Part shown: positions 1-10,343 of the stretch, one piece after another
How the letters are laid out: the number at the start of each line of letters is the position of its first letter
Numbering within the stretch: the first letter of the stretch is position 1
Assembly (NCBI GenBank): GCA_964520585.1
Contig: CAZFOO010000012.1
Coordinates: 1 to 58,584, forward strand
Source: an uncultured Bacteroidales bacterium
GTDB taxonomy: Bacteria; Bacteroidota; Bacteroidia; Bacteroidales; PUMT01
Reading direction: 5' to 3'
DNA length: 58,584 bases
Made by a program: the position numbers and the translations under genes
The notes under the pieces: model-generated
Databases searched by the model: none
What the model was told of the DNA's origin: nothing
What the model saw: the letters and a program-made list of their open reading frames with translations, nothing else

Positions 1-175
1 GGTTTACAAAAATCAACATATCATTGTGCTGCAAGGCAATTCCTTATTGAATATTCACGTTGTAATGGACATTTCCCTTACCTTTTTCATCTTGTGCCGG
101 CGATGAAAAGGCCCCGGCACAAGATAACCATAGGAGAAAAAATAATATAATACAATAGTTTCCAGGTCTCAACAT
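1..175 (-). pseudogene. 5' part of an exported protein gene (possibly acyloxyacyl hydrolase/PagL-like beta-barrel) with an in-frame TAA at 44-46; runs off the window
   Basis: ATG at 175 gives signal-peptide-like MLRPGNYCIILFFLLWLSCAGAFS; the frame stays open after the TAA (NVNIQ*GIALQHNDMLIFVN) to the edge. Family call is a weak resemblance only. Confidence 0.3.
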
Positions 176-266
176 AATTTTCTTCTGATGTAACCCAAAG
201 ATAAAAGATAACGTAATAATAAACCGAATGGCCTTCAAAATAAATTAAAAGAATGCCCGTAGTTTA

Positions 267-298
267 TTTAAAATCTTTAGGGGTTTTTGTTAATTTTG
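267..298 (+). promoter_or_regulatory. Bacteroidota housekeeping-type promoter upstream of the polysaccharide operon
   Basis: TTTA(267-270)-N20-TAATTTTG(291-298) versus consensus TTTG-N19-21-TAnnTTTG; a second -7 element TATCTTTG lies at 405-412. Confidence 0.5.
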
Positions 299-354
299 CC
301 GGAATTCTAACGGAAACCTTATTCTAATTTAATAAGTATTACTGTGACCCAGAG

Positions 355-366
355 GGCGAAGCTGTG
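355..366 (+). promoter_or_regulatory. candidate ops-like antitermination loading site (GGCGAAGCTGTG)
   Basis: GCGAAGC mini-hairpin core at 356-362 in the leader, about 55 nt after the -7 element; resembles ops (GGCGGTAGCGTG). Confidence 0.3.
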
Positions 367-498
367 AGTATATTTAATCCCCCCTGTTTATTTGCCGGTT
401 TTTATATCTTTGTCCGAATTGAAAACAATAGAATCCTCCAGTTACAGTTTTATTTTCTTAACCATCTATTAATTAATACGAACAGATATTTTCTTAGA

Positions 499-2934
499 AT
501 GGCAAATCCTATTCGTTTACTGACGTTTATCCTATTTTGCGGAGGCTCATTGTTATCCTCTGCTGATTCCATAGCTCAGTCTCCTCTGGACGCGAGGGAT
601 CTTTCAACTGTAAGATCTGAAAATGTAAGTAATGCTCAATTAATGAGATTCATCGAACAGGGGGAAGCCCAGGGGGTATCGGTTGATGACGCCATACAGA
701 TGGCAAGGTTGCGAGGACTGCCGGCCTCTGAAGCAGAAACTCTTGCACGGAGGATACGAGAACTGGAGATGGAACGTCAGAGGCAGGAATTTGAAGAAAC
801 CGGATTTAGCGATCCTGATAGTTTAACTCAAGATACTATATCTGAACTCGAAGGTGGACTTGATGCTATTGGCAGAAGGATTTTTGGAGCCAGGTTGTTC
901 AGCCAGGAGGGACTCACTTTTGAACCATCAATGAACGTTCCTACACCCGTTAATTATGAACTTGGTCCTGGTGATGAGATTGTAGTTGATATATGGGGAG
1001 AGGCTACAAATGTTCACCGATTGGAAGTAAGTAATCAGGGTACAGTAACTATAGAGAACCTTGGCCCAATATATGTTCATGGTTTAAGTATAAGTGATGC
1101 CAGTGACCGGATTATCGAAAAATTGAGATCACTCTACAGGGGATTACGTCCCGGAAGTGCAAATCAGACTGTTTTCGCCAGAGTTCATCTAGGTCAGTTA
1201 AGGAGCATACAGGTAACAGTTATGGGAGAAGTGCGATCACCGGGCAATTATACACTTTCATCTCTGGCAACAGTTTTCAATGCTTTATATAATTCACAAG
1301 GGCCCAATAATATTGGTTCTTACAGAAGCATTAAGGTAATACGTGGTAATGAAGTTGCAGCAGAGCTGGATGTTTATGATCTGCTGATACATGGTAACCA
1401 GATTGATAATATTCGTCTGAGGGATCAGGATATAATAAAGGTTGACCCTTACACTGCCAGAGTTGATGTGCAGGGTAGAGTTAAAAGGGAAGGTTTTTAT
1501 GAAATGAAAGAGGGAGAAAGTCTCGCAGACCTTATACAGTTTGCCGGACAATTTGCCGATTCCGCATATACCAAACAGGTAAGGATACACAGGTATACTC
1601 CTATCGAAAGAAAGATATTAAGCGTAAGACAGGAAAATTATCCTGATTTTGAGTTAATGAATGGGGATGTTGTTTTCGTTGATCAGGTGCTTGACAGGTT
1701 TGAAAACCGGATAAGTATATCAGGAGCAGTATGGCGCCCGGGAGAATATGAGCTTCGGGAGGACATGACTGTTTATGACCTTATAAGTGAAGCAGAAGGC
1801 CTTCGTCCTGATGCATACCGGAGCAGGGCAATTATAAACAGGTTAAAAGATAACTTTGATTTCACCCTTTTGTCATTTGATCTTGAAAGACTCATGGAAG
1901 ATCCGGATGAATATAATATTCCGCTTCAACCCGAAGATGAAGTACTGATACAGACTCTTTTTGATATGAGAGAAAACTATACCGTTCTTATTGAAGGAGC
2001 GGTCAGGGAAGTTGGAGAATATCCCTTCAGAGACAATATGACTCTTGAAGACCTCATACTTAAGGCAGATGGTTTTCGCGAATCTGCTACTGAAGCCAGG
2101 ATTGAAGTTTTCCGCAGGATCATTGGAGAATCAGATGCATCAAGCAGGGGAAACCGTTTGGCTGAAACATTTATCTTTGAAGTTGCAAGGGACTTAAGCC
2201 TTAGAGATGAAGATAAACGATTTATACTTCAGCCATTTGATCAGGTATATGTCCGCCGTAAACCCGATTACCATGTTCAGCAGAATGTAATACTGGAAGG
2301 TGAGGTTATGTATCCCGGAACATATACTCTTGCTAACCGGAATGAGAGGATTTCTGATGTAATAAAAAGAGCCGGCGGACTAACTCCTGAGGCATATCCG
2401 GAAGGAGCAACTCTTGTTCGTGATATTGAGCAGCTCGAAAGAGCTGACATTGATATTATGGCCGGTTATGATGAGGTTATTGATACGGTAGCACAGCAGG
2501 AAAATTTTGTTGGGATTAACCTTCCTCAAATCATGGCAAAGCCTGGTTCCACAGAGGACCTCTTCCTGCGGGAAGGTGATATTATCAGGGTCCCGCTGGA
2601 GCTACAAACCGTTAAAGTCAGTGGAGCGGTCCTCCGGGAAGTAGAAGTAAGGCATATCGAAAAAAGAAGTCTGCAATACTACATAAACCGTTCAGGAGGA
2701 TATTCAGAAGATGCCTTGAAACGCCGGGTGTATATTGTTAATGCAAATGGCAGCGTTAAGGCCCGAAGGAAATTCCTCCTTTTTAATTCCAATCCTGTAA
2801 TAGATCCAGGCGCCGAAATCATCATTCCTCAGAAAGCCGATCGTGAACGGATGGACACGAGAGAATTTATTTCTGTAATGGCCTCTATTGCTTCTACAGC
2901 CGCTGTAATTGTAACAATTATTACCAGACTTTAA
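499..2934 (+). CDS. SLBB-repeat polysaccharide export protein (Wza/KpsD-like)
   Basis: ATG 499 followed by a signal peptide; Poly_export motif YELGPGDEIVVDIWG; repeated SLBB units (V.GEV.PG.Y); C-terminal PGAEIIIP plus helix. Confidence 0.9.
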   Translation: MANPIRLLTFILFCGGSLLSSADSIAQSPLDARDLSTVRSENVSNAQLMRFIEQGEAQGVSVDDAIQMARLRGLPASEAETLARRIRELEMERQRQEFEETGFSDPDSLTQDTISELEGGLDAIGRRIFGARLFSQEGLTFEPSMNVPTPVNYELGPGDEIVVDIWGEATNVHRLEVSNQGTVTIENLGPIYVHGLSISDASDRIIEKLRSLYRGLRPGSANQTVFARVHLGQLRSIQVTVMGEVRSPGNYTLSSLATVFNALYNSQGPNNIGSYRSIKVIRGNEVAAELDVYDLLIHGNQIDNIRLRDQDIIKVDPYTARVDVQGRVKREGFYEMKEGESLADLIQFAGQFADSAYTKQVRIHRYTPIERKILSVRQENYPDFELMNGDVVFVDQVLDRFENRISISGAVWRPGEYELREDMTVYDLISEAEGLRPDAYRSRAIINRLKDNFDFTLLSFDLERLMEDPDEYNIPLQPEDEVLIQTLFDMRENYTVLIEGAVREVGEYPFRDNMTLEDLILKADGFRESATEARIEVFRRIIGESDASSRGNRLAETFIFEVARDLSLRDEDKRFILQPFDQVYVRRKPDYHVQQNVILEGEVMYPGTYTLANRNERISDVIKRAGGLTPEAYPEGATLVRDIEQLERADIDIMAGYDEVIDTVAQQENFVGINLPQIMAKPGSTEDLFLREGDIIRVPLELQTVKVSGAVLREVEVRHIEKRSLQYYINRSGGYSEDALKRRVYIVNANGSVKARRKFLLFNSNPVIDPGAEIIIPQKADRERMDTREFISVMASIASTAAVIVTIITRL

Positions 2935-2954
2935 ATAATTTATAAGAGTTTAAA

Positions 2955-4088
2955 ATGCAAAACAACGATTCTCAAAGAGATGAAATTGATTTAGTTGAAG
3001 TTCTTCTTGTCTTTTGGCGTGAAAGAAAAGTGATATATATCAGTGTAGTCATCTTTGTTATGCTGGGAGTTCTAAAAACCTGTTCCACCCCAGATGAATA
3101 CACATCAGAAGTTAAATTGATGCCGGAATCAAATGTTCAGAATAACATGGGGGGATTTGCCAGACAATTTGGTATAAGTCTGCCTAATAATACAGAACAG
3201 GGCATTCCTTCAAGATATTATCCTGATATTACAAAAAGCCTGCCTTTTATTATTCCATTAATGCAATTTGAGGTTATCATTTCTGGCACAGATGAGAAAA
3301 TTACTTTATATGAATATATTTTAGAATATAAATCACAAAGATCTTTTATTCAGAAATCAACAGACAAAGTTAAAAAGTACACCATTTTTTTACCTTTTAC
3401 TATATTGGACTGGATCACAGGTTCTAATTCAGCCAGTAAAGATGAACCCTCATTTTCTTTAGACATGGAAGATGACGGACAGGAGGATAAAAATAATCAG
3501 AATAACGTATTAAGTTTAACAAAATCAGAATGGTCTGTAGTTAGGGAATTACAAAACTCAACAGGGTTGGATATTGATCGTGAATCAGGAATAATTACCA
3601 TATCTTCTTCAATGCCTAATCCTGTAATCGCTGCAATGGTTGCAGACAAAGTAACAAGTTTGCTTGCTAAATATATCAAAGAATATAAAACTGAAAAAGC
3701 AAAGGTTGATTTTTTATTTGTCGAAAATAGATTTGAAGAGGCAAAGGCGGACTTTAATATAGCACAAGAACGTTTAGCAAGATTTCGTGATGAAAACAGG
3801 GGGCAATTGACACAAACAGCAAGAATCGAGGAACAACGTCTCCAAAGCCAGTATGACCTCTCATTTAACGTATATAATGTATTAGCCGGCAGATTAGAGG
3901 AAGCCCGAATTAATCTTCAGCAGGAAACGCCTGTTATTAATATAATAGAACCAGCTTCTGTCCCAACCCAAATTAGTTCTCCAAAAAGAAATTTTATCTT
4001 AATCCTTTATTTTGTTTTAGGGATATTCTTTGGGTTTATATTTATTTTTTTACGGATTTTATGGAAAAAAATTCGTCGTCAGTTATAA
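2955..4088 (+). CDS. wzz: chain-length determinant Wzz
   Basis: N-terminal EIDLVEVL plus TM, coiled-coil middle, IIEPASVP..SSPKR plus C-terminal TM; no kinase domain. Confidence 0.85.
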   Translation: MQNNDSQRDEIDLVEVLLVFWRERKVIYISVVIFVMLGVLKTCSTPDEYTSEVKLMPESNVQNNMGGFARQFGISLPNNTEQGIPSRYYPDITKSLPFIIPLMQFEVIISGTDEKITLYEYILEYKSQRSFIQKSTDKVKKYTIFLPFTILDWITGSNSASKDEPSFSLDMEDDGQEDKNNQNNVLSLTKSEWSVVRELQNSTGLDIDRESGIITISSSMPNPVIAAMVADKVTSLLAKYIKEYKTEKAKVDFLFVENRFEEAKADFNIAQERLARFRDENRGQLTQTARIEEQRLQSQYDLSFNVYNVLAGRLEEARINLQQETPVINIIEPASVPTQISSPKRNFILILYFVLGIFFGFIFIFLRILWKKIRRQL

Positions 4089-4141
4089 ATTATATAAACA
4101 ATCCTGATGGTTTTTAATGCCTTTTTCAGTCCCTGTAAATT

Positions 4142-5596
4142 TTGTCATCTCTAAAACAAAAAACAATTTCGGGACTTGCCTGGAGTTTTATCGATATTTT
4201 CTCTAATAAAGGTATTAGTTTTGTTTTTGGTATAATTTTAGCCAGACTTCTTACACCCCGGGAGTTTGGTCTGGTGGGAATGGTTAGCATTTTTATCGCA
4301 ATTTCAAAATCTTTAATGGATAGTGGCTTTTCAAGTGCTTTAATAAGAAAGAAAGACTGTACCCAAACTGATTACTCCACCGTCTTTATATTTAATACTT
4401 TATCCAGTATTTTTCTTTACTTAATTTTATATTTATCGGCAAATGCAATAGGTGAATTTTTCGATGAACCCCAACTTGAGCTCATTCTGCAGGTTTTAGG
4501 AATAGGATTAATAATAAATTCTTTCTCTATTATACAGAGGGCTATCTTAACTAAAAGAATAGATTTTAAACTACAAACCAAAATATCACTTCTTGGCTCA
4601 TTAATAGCTGGAAGTATTGGAATATTTCTGGCATATAGTGGATACGGAGTGTGGAGTCTGGTCTATATGTCTTTGGCAGGTTTTTTTGTTTCAACCGTTT
4701 TATTATGGTTATGGAATCAGTGGAGGCCTTCACTGATATTCAGCACAGATTCATTCAGGGAACTGTTTTCTTTTGGTTCTAAACTTATGTTAAGCAGTAT
4801 ACTTAACACCGTATATAAAAATATTTATAATCTTGTAATTGCAAAGTATTACACTGCTGCAGATTTGGGATTCTATACCCGGGCTAATCAGTTTAAGGAA
4901 TTCCCTGCTGAAAAATTAACTTCAATTATTCAGAGAGTTAGCTATCCTGTTCTTTCCTCTGTACTTGATGATATCGCCCGGTTACGTTACTACTATCAAA
5001 AATTAATTAAAAGCACAATGCTGATAAGTTTTGTTCTTATGATGGGCCTGGCTGCGACTGCTGAACCCTTAATTATTACTCTTATAGGCGAAAAATGGCT
5101 CCCATCTGTTATGTATTTACAATTGCTTTGTTTTGTTGGTATGCTTTATCCTTTACATGCAATTAATCTTAATATGTTAAAAGTTTTAGGCAGGTCAGGC
5201 CATTACTTAAAGCTCGAAGTAATTAAGAAGTTTATTGCCATCCCTATTATACTTACAGGAATTTTCATTGGTATTTTCGAAATGTTATTAGGAATGATTA
5301 TCACTTCCTTTATAAATTATTTTTTGAATTCATATCTTTCCGGAAAATTAATCAGCTACTCAAGCTGGAAACAGTTAAAAGACATTTTTCCCTCCTTTAT
5401 GCTGGCACTGATAATGGGAGGTATTCTGCTATCAATCAACATGTTTTTTGAAATTAACAGCTTCCTCATTCTAATGATACAAGTTATAACCGGAATCGTT
5501 ATTATTATAGGAGTCTCTGAAATATTTAGATTAGAAAGTTATATAGAGATTAAAGCAATAGTTATTGATAAAATAAAGCGTAATGGATCTTTATAA
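4142..5596 (+). CDS. wzx: Wzx flippase (WzxC-like)
   Basis: SLKQKTISGLAWS...ILARLLTPREFGLVGM; multi-TM; TTG start. Confidence 0.9.
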   Translation: MSSLKQKTISGLAWSFIDIFSNKGISFVFGIILARLLTPREFGLVGMVSIFIAISKSLMDSGFSSALIRKKDCTQTDYSTVFIFNTLSSIFLYLILYLSANAIGEFFDEPQLELILQVLGIGLIINSFSIIQRAILTKRIDFKLQTKISLLGSLIAGSIGIFLAYSGYGVWSLVYMSLAGFFVSTVLLWLWNQWRPSLIFSTDSFRELFSFGSKLMLSSILNTVYKNIYNLVIAKYYTAADLGFYTRANQFKEFPAEKLTSIIQRVSYPVLSSVLDDIARLRYYYQKLIKSTMLISFVLMMGLAATAEPLIITLIGEKWLPSVMYLQLLCFVGMLYPLHAINLNMLKVLGRSGHYLKLEVIKKFIAIPIILTGIFIGIFEMLLGMIITSFINYFLNSYLSGKLISYSSWKQLKDIFPSFMLALIMGGILLSINMFFEINSFLILMIQVITGIVIIIGVSEIFRLESYIEIKAIVIDKIKRNGSL

Positions 5597-7031
5597 CCCT
5601 GATTGGAACAAAAACCTTGCGAATTTTTTATTTCTTAAAAGTGCATTCTGTACTTCTAATAAGTTCATTAAAACTGAAGAAGTAATTGACTGGTTAAAGG
5701 AACAAAATGATAAAGTGAAGGTTAAGGTTATAAGGACTTCTTTTAGTAAATTAAAAGACTGGAGTTATGAAGGTGTTAGTGGTTCAATCAGACATAAAAC
5801 AGGAAAATTTTTCAGCATAGATGGGATCCGCGTAGATACCAACTGGGGAAATGTAAGTAATTGGGAGCAGCCAATTATCAATCAACCTGAGGTAGGTTAT
5901 CTTGGATTTATAACAAAAGAATTTGACGGAGTATTATATTTTCTTACCCAGGCAAAAATTGAGCCGGGAAATGTAAATTATGTTCAGTTATCTCCAACGC
6001 TACAAGCAACCCGGAGTAATTATACACAAGTTCATAGCGGAAGCAGGCCACAATATCTTGAATATTTTGTAAAAGCAAAGCCAGAGCAAATTCTTTTAGA
6101 TCAACTTCAATCAGAACAAGGCGGGAGGTTTTTAAAGAAAAGGAACCGGAACATAATCATTAAAATTGAGGATGATATACCGGTATATGATAACTTCACT
6201 TGGCTTACACTAGCTCAGATTAAGAAGTTGATGCAGAAGGACAATCTTGTGAATATGGATACGCGGACTGTCGTTTCAGGCATACCATACGGTAGTTTTA
6301 ACGATAATGTCATAGATTTCTTTAATTTTTTGGCAGAAGAAACTTCAGGAAATCAAATATCAAAAGCCTTATTTAAATCCGTACTATCGCAAGAGGGTGC
6401 CTATAACAGCATTGAAGATATAATGTCCTTTATGACCCACCTGAAAAGCATTTTTGATTTGGATGTTAGAAACAAACCATTGGAAGGATTAACACAATGG
6501 ATTTTTGATGATGAAGGAATTTATCATCTCGAAAATAAGTACTTTAAAGTTATACCTGTTGATGTCGAAATTGGTAACAGAGAAATTGTAAAATGGTGCC
6601 AGCCAATGGTAGAGCCTGCGCAGGAAGGATTATGTGCATTTGTTTGTAAAGAAATTAATAATGTGCTGCACTTTATAGTTCAGGCAAAACTTGAAGCCGG
6701 AAATTTCGATATTATTGAATTTGCGCCGACAATTCAGTGTCTGACAGGGAATTATCGACAAACAAAACATGGCGCACTTCCCTTTCTTGATTATGTATTG
6801 AATGCCCGAAAGGAACAGATTGTATATAATTCATTACAGTCCGAAGAGGGTGGCAGGTTTTATAAAGAACAAAACAGAAATATGATTATTTTATCTGACG
6901 ATGAAATTGGCACAGAGTTACCCCCAAACTATATATGGATGACCCTGAATCAGTTACATACCTTTCTTAAATTTAACAACTATTTAAATGTGCAGGCACG
7001 AAGCTTAATTGCTGCTATATCATACATTTAA
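5583..7031 (+). CDS. NDP-hexose 2,3-dehydratase (EvaA/OleV family)
   Basis: Internally duplicated domain: WEQPII/WCQPMV, QAKIEPGN/QAKLEAGN, LSPTLQ/FAPTIQ, QSEQGGRF/QSEEGGRFY. Confidence 0.9.
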   Translation: MDLYNPDWNKNLANFLFLKSAFCTSNKFIKTEEVIDWLKEQNDKVKVKVIRTSFSKLKDWSYEGVSGSIRHKTGKFFSIDGIRVDTNWGNVSNWEQPIINQPEVGYLGFITKEFDGVLYFLTQAKIEPGNVNYVQLSPTLQATRSNYTQVHSGSRPQYLEYFVKAKPEQILLDQLQSEQGGRFLKKRNRNIIIKIEDDIPVYDNFTWLTLAQIKKLMQKDNLVNMDTRTVVSGIPYGSFNDNVIDFFNFLAEETSGNQISKALFKSVLSQEGAYNSIEDIMSFMTHLKSIFDLDVRNKPLEGLTQWIFDDEGIYHLENKYFKVIPVDVEIGNREIVKWCQPMVEPAQEGLCAFVCKEINNVLHFIVQAKLEAGNFDIIEFAPTIQCLTGNYRQTKHGALPFLDYVLNARKEQIVYNSLQSEEGGRFYKEQNRNMIILSDDEIGTELPPNYIWMTLNQLHTFLKFNNYLNVQARSLIAAISYI

Positions 7032-7092
7032 TCTGTTTCTTTTATGTTACATTTATTAATTTACAGGCTAAAGCATTTCAAATTTCAGGTAC

Positions 7093-8175
7093 ATGTATAT
7101 TAATATATTACGACATATAGTTTTAATTATAACTTTTTGTTGTTTTCTTTTTATTTACGGTTGTGAGAAGGTAGACAATTATGAAATATTTTATGAAATT
7201 GATGAGAGTTATTTTGAATATCCATTCGATACACTTTTGGATTATTATATAATTAGTGCATGGAGAATTCTGGGAGATACTGTTCCTGCTTATACCCCGG
7301 AAATGGTCGCAACCCATACAAAATTGGTTGGTAAACTTCCCTGGGTAACTCCAACTTCAAGCGCAAATTTGCAGTTTGTCATCGGGCAAACTTCTGGCTG
7401 GCCAAAAAATCCTGAATATCCTGATGACCCTGAAATTCCTCCCCAAAATATTTACGGGTATCAAATAACAGATCTTGATTACAATAACCCTAAAGTAAAA
7501 GTTGTTTTAACTGCTGGCCAGCACAGCACTGAATTTCCGGGAAACTATGCGCTGGAAGGAATGGTTAATTTCCTTGCCGGAAGTGATCCACGGGCTGTTT
7601 TTCTGCGTAGGAAAGCAGTATTTTATGTTTATCCGGATATCAACCCGGAGGGTAGGTATATGGCCATAAAAAAAATTAATCTGCAGTCAGCTCCAGATCC
7701 TAATGCAAAAAATGACGGACGCTACAGGGGAAATCCGGAATTATATGCAGCAGGTGAAAAAGATCACAACAGGGTTTGGCTGGAAGAGTTTTTCGGTAAA
7801 TTTTCAACGATTGACCTTCTCATAGCGGCATGGGAAAAGGATTTCGGAAATAAAGCAGATTACTTGTGGGATATGCATGGACCACAGCCAACCGGAAACT
7901 GGCGCTCACCAAGCCTCGATGCAAGTACCAATGCATATGCTAAGGCTCTTATGAGGATCGAACCTGAATTGTTAAGATGCGGACCCCCGGGAGAATTTAA
8001 GGCATATGTTGCTTATAGCCCACCCGGGAAAATAGGATTATATGCTTTGGATGATCAAATTGGTCTTCATGTTAAATACCCTTATGTATATGAAGGCGGA
8101 CCATGGACACGTGAGCGGTTATTATTATCAGGTAAGAGACTCGCTATAGCCTTTTATGAGGTATTAAATAATTAA
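7093..8175 (+). CDS. M14 zinc carboxypeptidase-fold lipoprotein
   Basis: Lipobox-like LFIYGC; HxxE Zn motif (GQHSTE), YPDINPEG, DHNR, DMHG. Confidence 0.7.
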   Translation: MYINILRHIVLIITFCCFLFIYGCEKVDNYEIFYEIDESYFEYPFDTLLDYYIISAWRILGDTVPAYTPEMVATHTKLVGKLPWVTPTSSANLQFVIGQTSGWPKNPEYPDDPEIPPQNIYGYQITDLDYNNPKVKVVLTAGQHSTEFPGNYALEGMVNFLAGSDPRAVFLRRKAVFYVYPDINPEGRYMAIKKINLQSAPDPNAKNDGRYRGNPELYAAGEKDHNRVWLEEFFGKFSTIDLLIAAWEKDFGNKADYLWDMHGPQPTGNWRSPSLDASTNAYAKALMRIEPELLRCGPPGEFKAYVAYSPPGKIGLYALDDQIGLHVKYPYVYEGGPWTRERLLLSGKRLAIAFYEVLNN

Positions 8176-8251
8176 TTGTAAATTTTTTACTTATAACCTT
8201 TTCGAAGCAACCGGATAAGTCTGAGTTATATATATTCTGATTTGCGTTAAT

Positions 8252-9235
8252 ATGAAAGAAGTTATAAATATTGGTATAATTGGCATCGCTAACATTGCTT
8301 TGCGCTCGGTAATTCCTTCCATTATAGATTTAGGTGAGTATTTCAGGTTATATGGACTAGCAAGCAGAAACGCTGAAAAAGCAAAAGACACCTGTAGATT
8401 ATTTAACACAAAGGCATATCAGGATTATGATGAACTAATTAATGATGATAATCTGGATGCTGTATATATTCCTTTGCCAAATGCCCTCCATGCATCCTGG
8501 ATAGAAAAATCCTTACAAAAAGGATTGCATGTTTTAGTAGAAAAATCACTTGCATGCAATTTGGAAGATGCACTATATTTGAATAATCTGGCCAGGGAAA
8601 AATCACTCGTATTATTGGAAAATTTTCAGTTTCAATTTCATAGCCAACTCTATTATATTAAAGAATTGTTGCAGGAAAATAAAATTGGCGGTTTAAGATG
8701 CATTAGAAGTGCATTTGGATTTCCCCCATTTCCTGATAAGAATAATATCAGGTATAAAAAGGAACTTGGTGGTGGGGCATTGCTGGATGCTGGAGCATAT
8801 CCGGTTAAAATTTCTCAGGTTTTTCTTGGGAATGACCTGGATGTTGAATCAGGTAATCTATTTTATGATGAAAATTTAAATGTTGATATCTGGGGAGGCG
8901 GTTGTCTGAAACAAAAAAACGGATCATTATTTTCCCAAGTAGCATTTGGGTTTGACAATTTTTATCAGTGTAATATTGAATTGTGGGGAAGTAAGGGCAG
9001 AATTTCTACAAATAGAATATTTACTGCTCCCCCTGATTTTGAGCCTGTTATTAAATTAGAAACGGGATATGGGAAGGAAATCATAAAATTGCCCCCGGAT
9101 AATCATTTTATAAAGATGTTAATGCATTTTTATGATTTGATCACACTCCAGAAAAATACAGAACAGGAGTATTTACAAAACATAAATCAGGCCCGGCTTA
9201 TATCTGAACTTAAAACAAAATCAAATGGGCAGTAA
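8252..9235 (+). CDS. Gfo/Idh/MocA oxidoreductase, probable NDP-3,4-diketo-2,6-dideoxyhexose 3-reductase (OleW/KijD10-like)
   Basis: GIIGIANIA, AVYIPLPNALH, HVLVEKS, NIRYKKELGGGALLDAGAYP; near the 2,3-dehydratase. Confidence 0.8.
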   Translation: MKEVINIGIIGIANIALRSVIPSIIDLGEYFRLYGLASRNAEKAKDTCRLFNTKAYQDYDELINDDNLDAVYIPLPNALHASWIEKSLQKGLHVLVEKSLACNLEDALYLNNLAREKSLVLLENFQFQFHSQLYYIKELLQENKIGGLRCIRSAFGFPPFPDKNNIRYKKELGGGALLDAGAYPVKISQVFLGNDLDVESGNLFYDENLNVDIWGGGCLKQKNGSLFSQVAFGFDNFYQCNIELWGSKGRISTNRIFTAPPDFEPVIKLETGYGKEIIKLPPDNHFIKMLMHFYDLITLQKNTEQEYLQNINQARLISELKTKSNGQ

Positions 9236-10310
9236 ACCAATATATGTTACTCAGCCATCTCTTGCTCCACTGGATGAATATGTAGAATTATTAAAGGGTG
9301 TATGGAAACGTGGGATCCTGACTCATAACGGCCCCCTTGTTCAACAGTTTGAAAAGGAGATTGCTTCAAAATTAAAGTTGTCTAATTTCGTCGCAGTCGC
9401 CAATGGAACTATAGCAATCCAGATGGCAATTAAAGCCCTGGAACTTCAGGGAGAAATAATTACTACACCTTTTACATGGATAGCAACAATTAGTGCAATA
9501 AAATGGGAAGGTTGCACACCTGTTTTTTGCGATATAGATCCTGAAACCTTAAATATAGATCCAACCAAAATAGAGTCTCTTATAACTAAGAAGACCGTTG
9601 CGATTATGCCTGTGCATGTTTTTGGCAATCCATGTGATGTTGATGCTATAGATATTATTGCCAAAAAGCATAATCTCAAAGTTATTTATGATGGTGCTCA
9701 TGCTATTGGTTCTAAGTATAAAGAAAAAAGTCTTTTGGAATATGGCGATATAACAGCAACCAGTTTACATGCTACTAAGTTATTGAATACTGCTGAAGGA
9801 GGAGGTTGCATTACAAAAAACCCGGAGCTTTATGAGAAACTTAAGAGAATTAGATTTTTTGGACATAATGAAGAGAAAGATATCGTTGAAGATGGGTTTA
9901 ATGGCAAAATGACAGAAATCCATGCAGCATTGGGTATCGCAAATTTAAAATATTATGATTCTGTTTTAATGGATCGTGAAATTAAGTACAATAAGTATCA
10001 GGAGGGTTTATCAGAATTAGAATTTCTTAAATTTCAAAGTGTTCCTCAGGGAACTTCTAATTATTCATATTTCCCGGTTATTTTTGATACCGAAGACAGA
10101 TTATTAAAAACGCTGAAACTTTTAAATGATCATCAAATTTACCCAAGGAGGTATTTTTACCCTTCGGTAAATACATTTACCAATATTTTGGATTTTCAGG
10201 AATGTCCAGTTTCGGAAGATATTTCAAAAAGAATTTTGTGTTTACCATTGTATTTAAGTTTGGTCAATGACGAAATGAATAAAATAATCAAGATAATAAA
10301 TCAAAATTAG
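9225..10310 (+). CDS. DegT/DnrJ/EryC1/StrS PLP aminotransferase, VioA-like sugar 4-aminotransferase
   Basis: IYVTQPSL, LTHNGPLVQQFE, IYDGAHA, SLHATKLLNTAEGG, RRYFYPS. Confidence 0.85.
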   Translation: MGSKPIYVTQPSLAPLDEYVELLKGVWKRGILTHNGPLVQQFEKEIASKLKLSNFVAVANGTIAIQMAIKALELQGEIITTPFTWIATISAIKWEGCTPVFCDIDPETLNIDPTKIESLITKKTVAIMPVHVFGNPCDVDAIDIIAKKHNLKVIYDGAHAIGSKYKEKSLLEYGDITATSLHATKLLNTAEGGGCITKNPELYEKLKRIRFFGHNEEKDIVEDGFNGKMTEIHAALGIANLKYYDSVLMDREIKYNKYQEGLSELEFLKFQSVPQGTSNYSYFPVIFDTEDRLLKTLKLLNDHQIYPRRYFYPSVNTFTNILDFQECPVSEDISKRILCLPLYLSLVNDEMNKIIKIINQN

Positions 10311-10343
10311 TTAATAAACAATATTTTAATTTTAAAAAAACTA

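Noticed and set aside
364-498. 45-codon N-terminal extension of the export protein from GTG 364
   Set aside because: It overlaps a promoter element, and the signal peptide begins at ATG 499.
240-498. Invertible (phase-variable) promoter as in Bacteroides capsule loci
   Set aside because: No flanking inverted repeats found by eye, only a short direct repeat TTTGCCGG, and no recombinase in the window.
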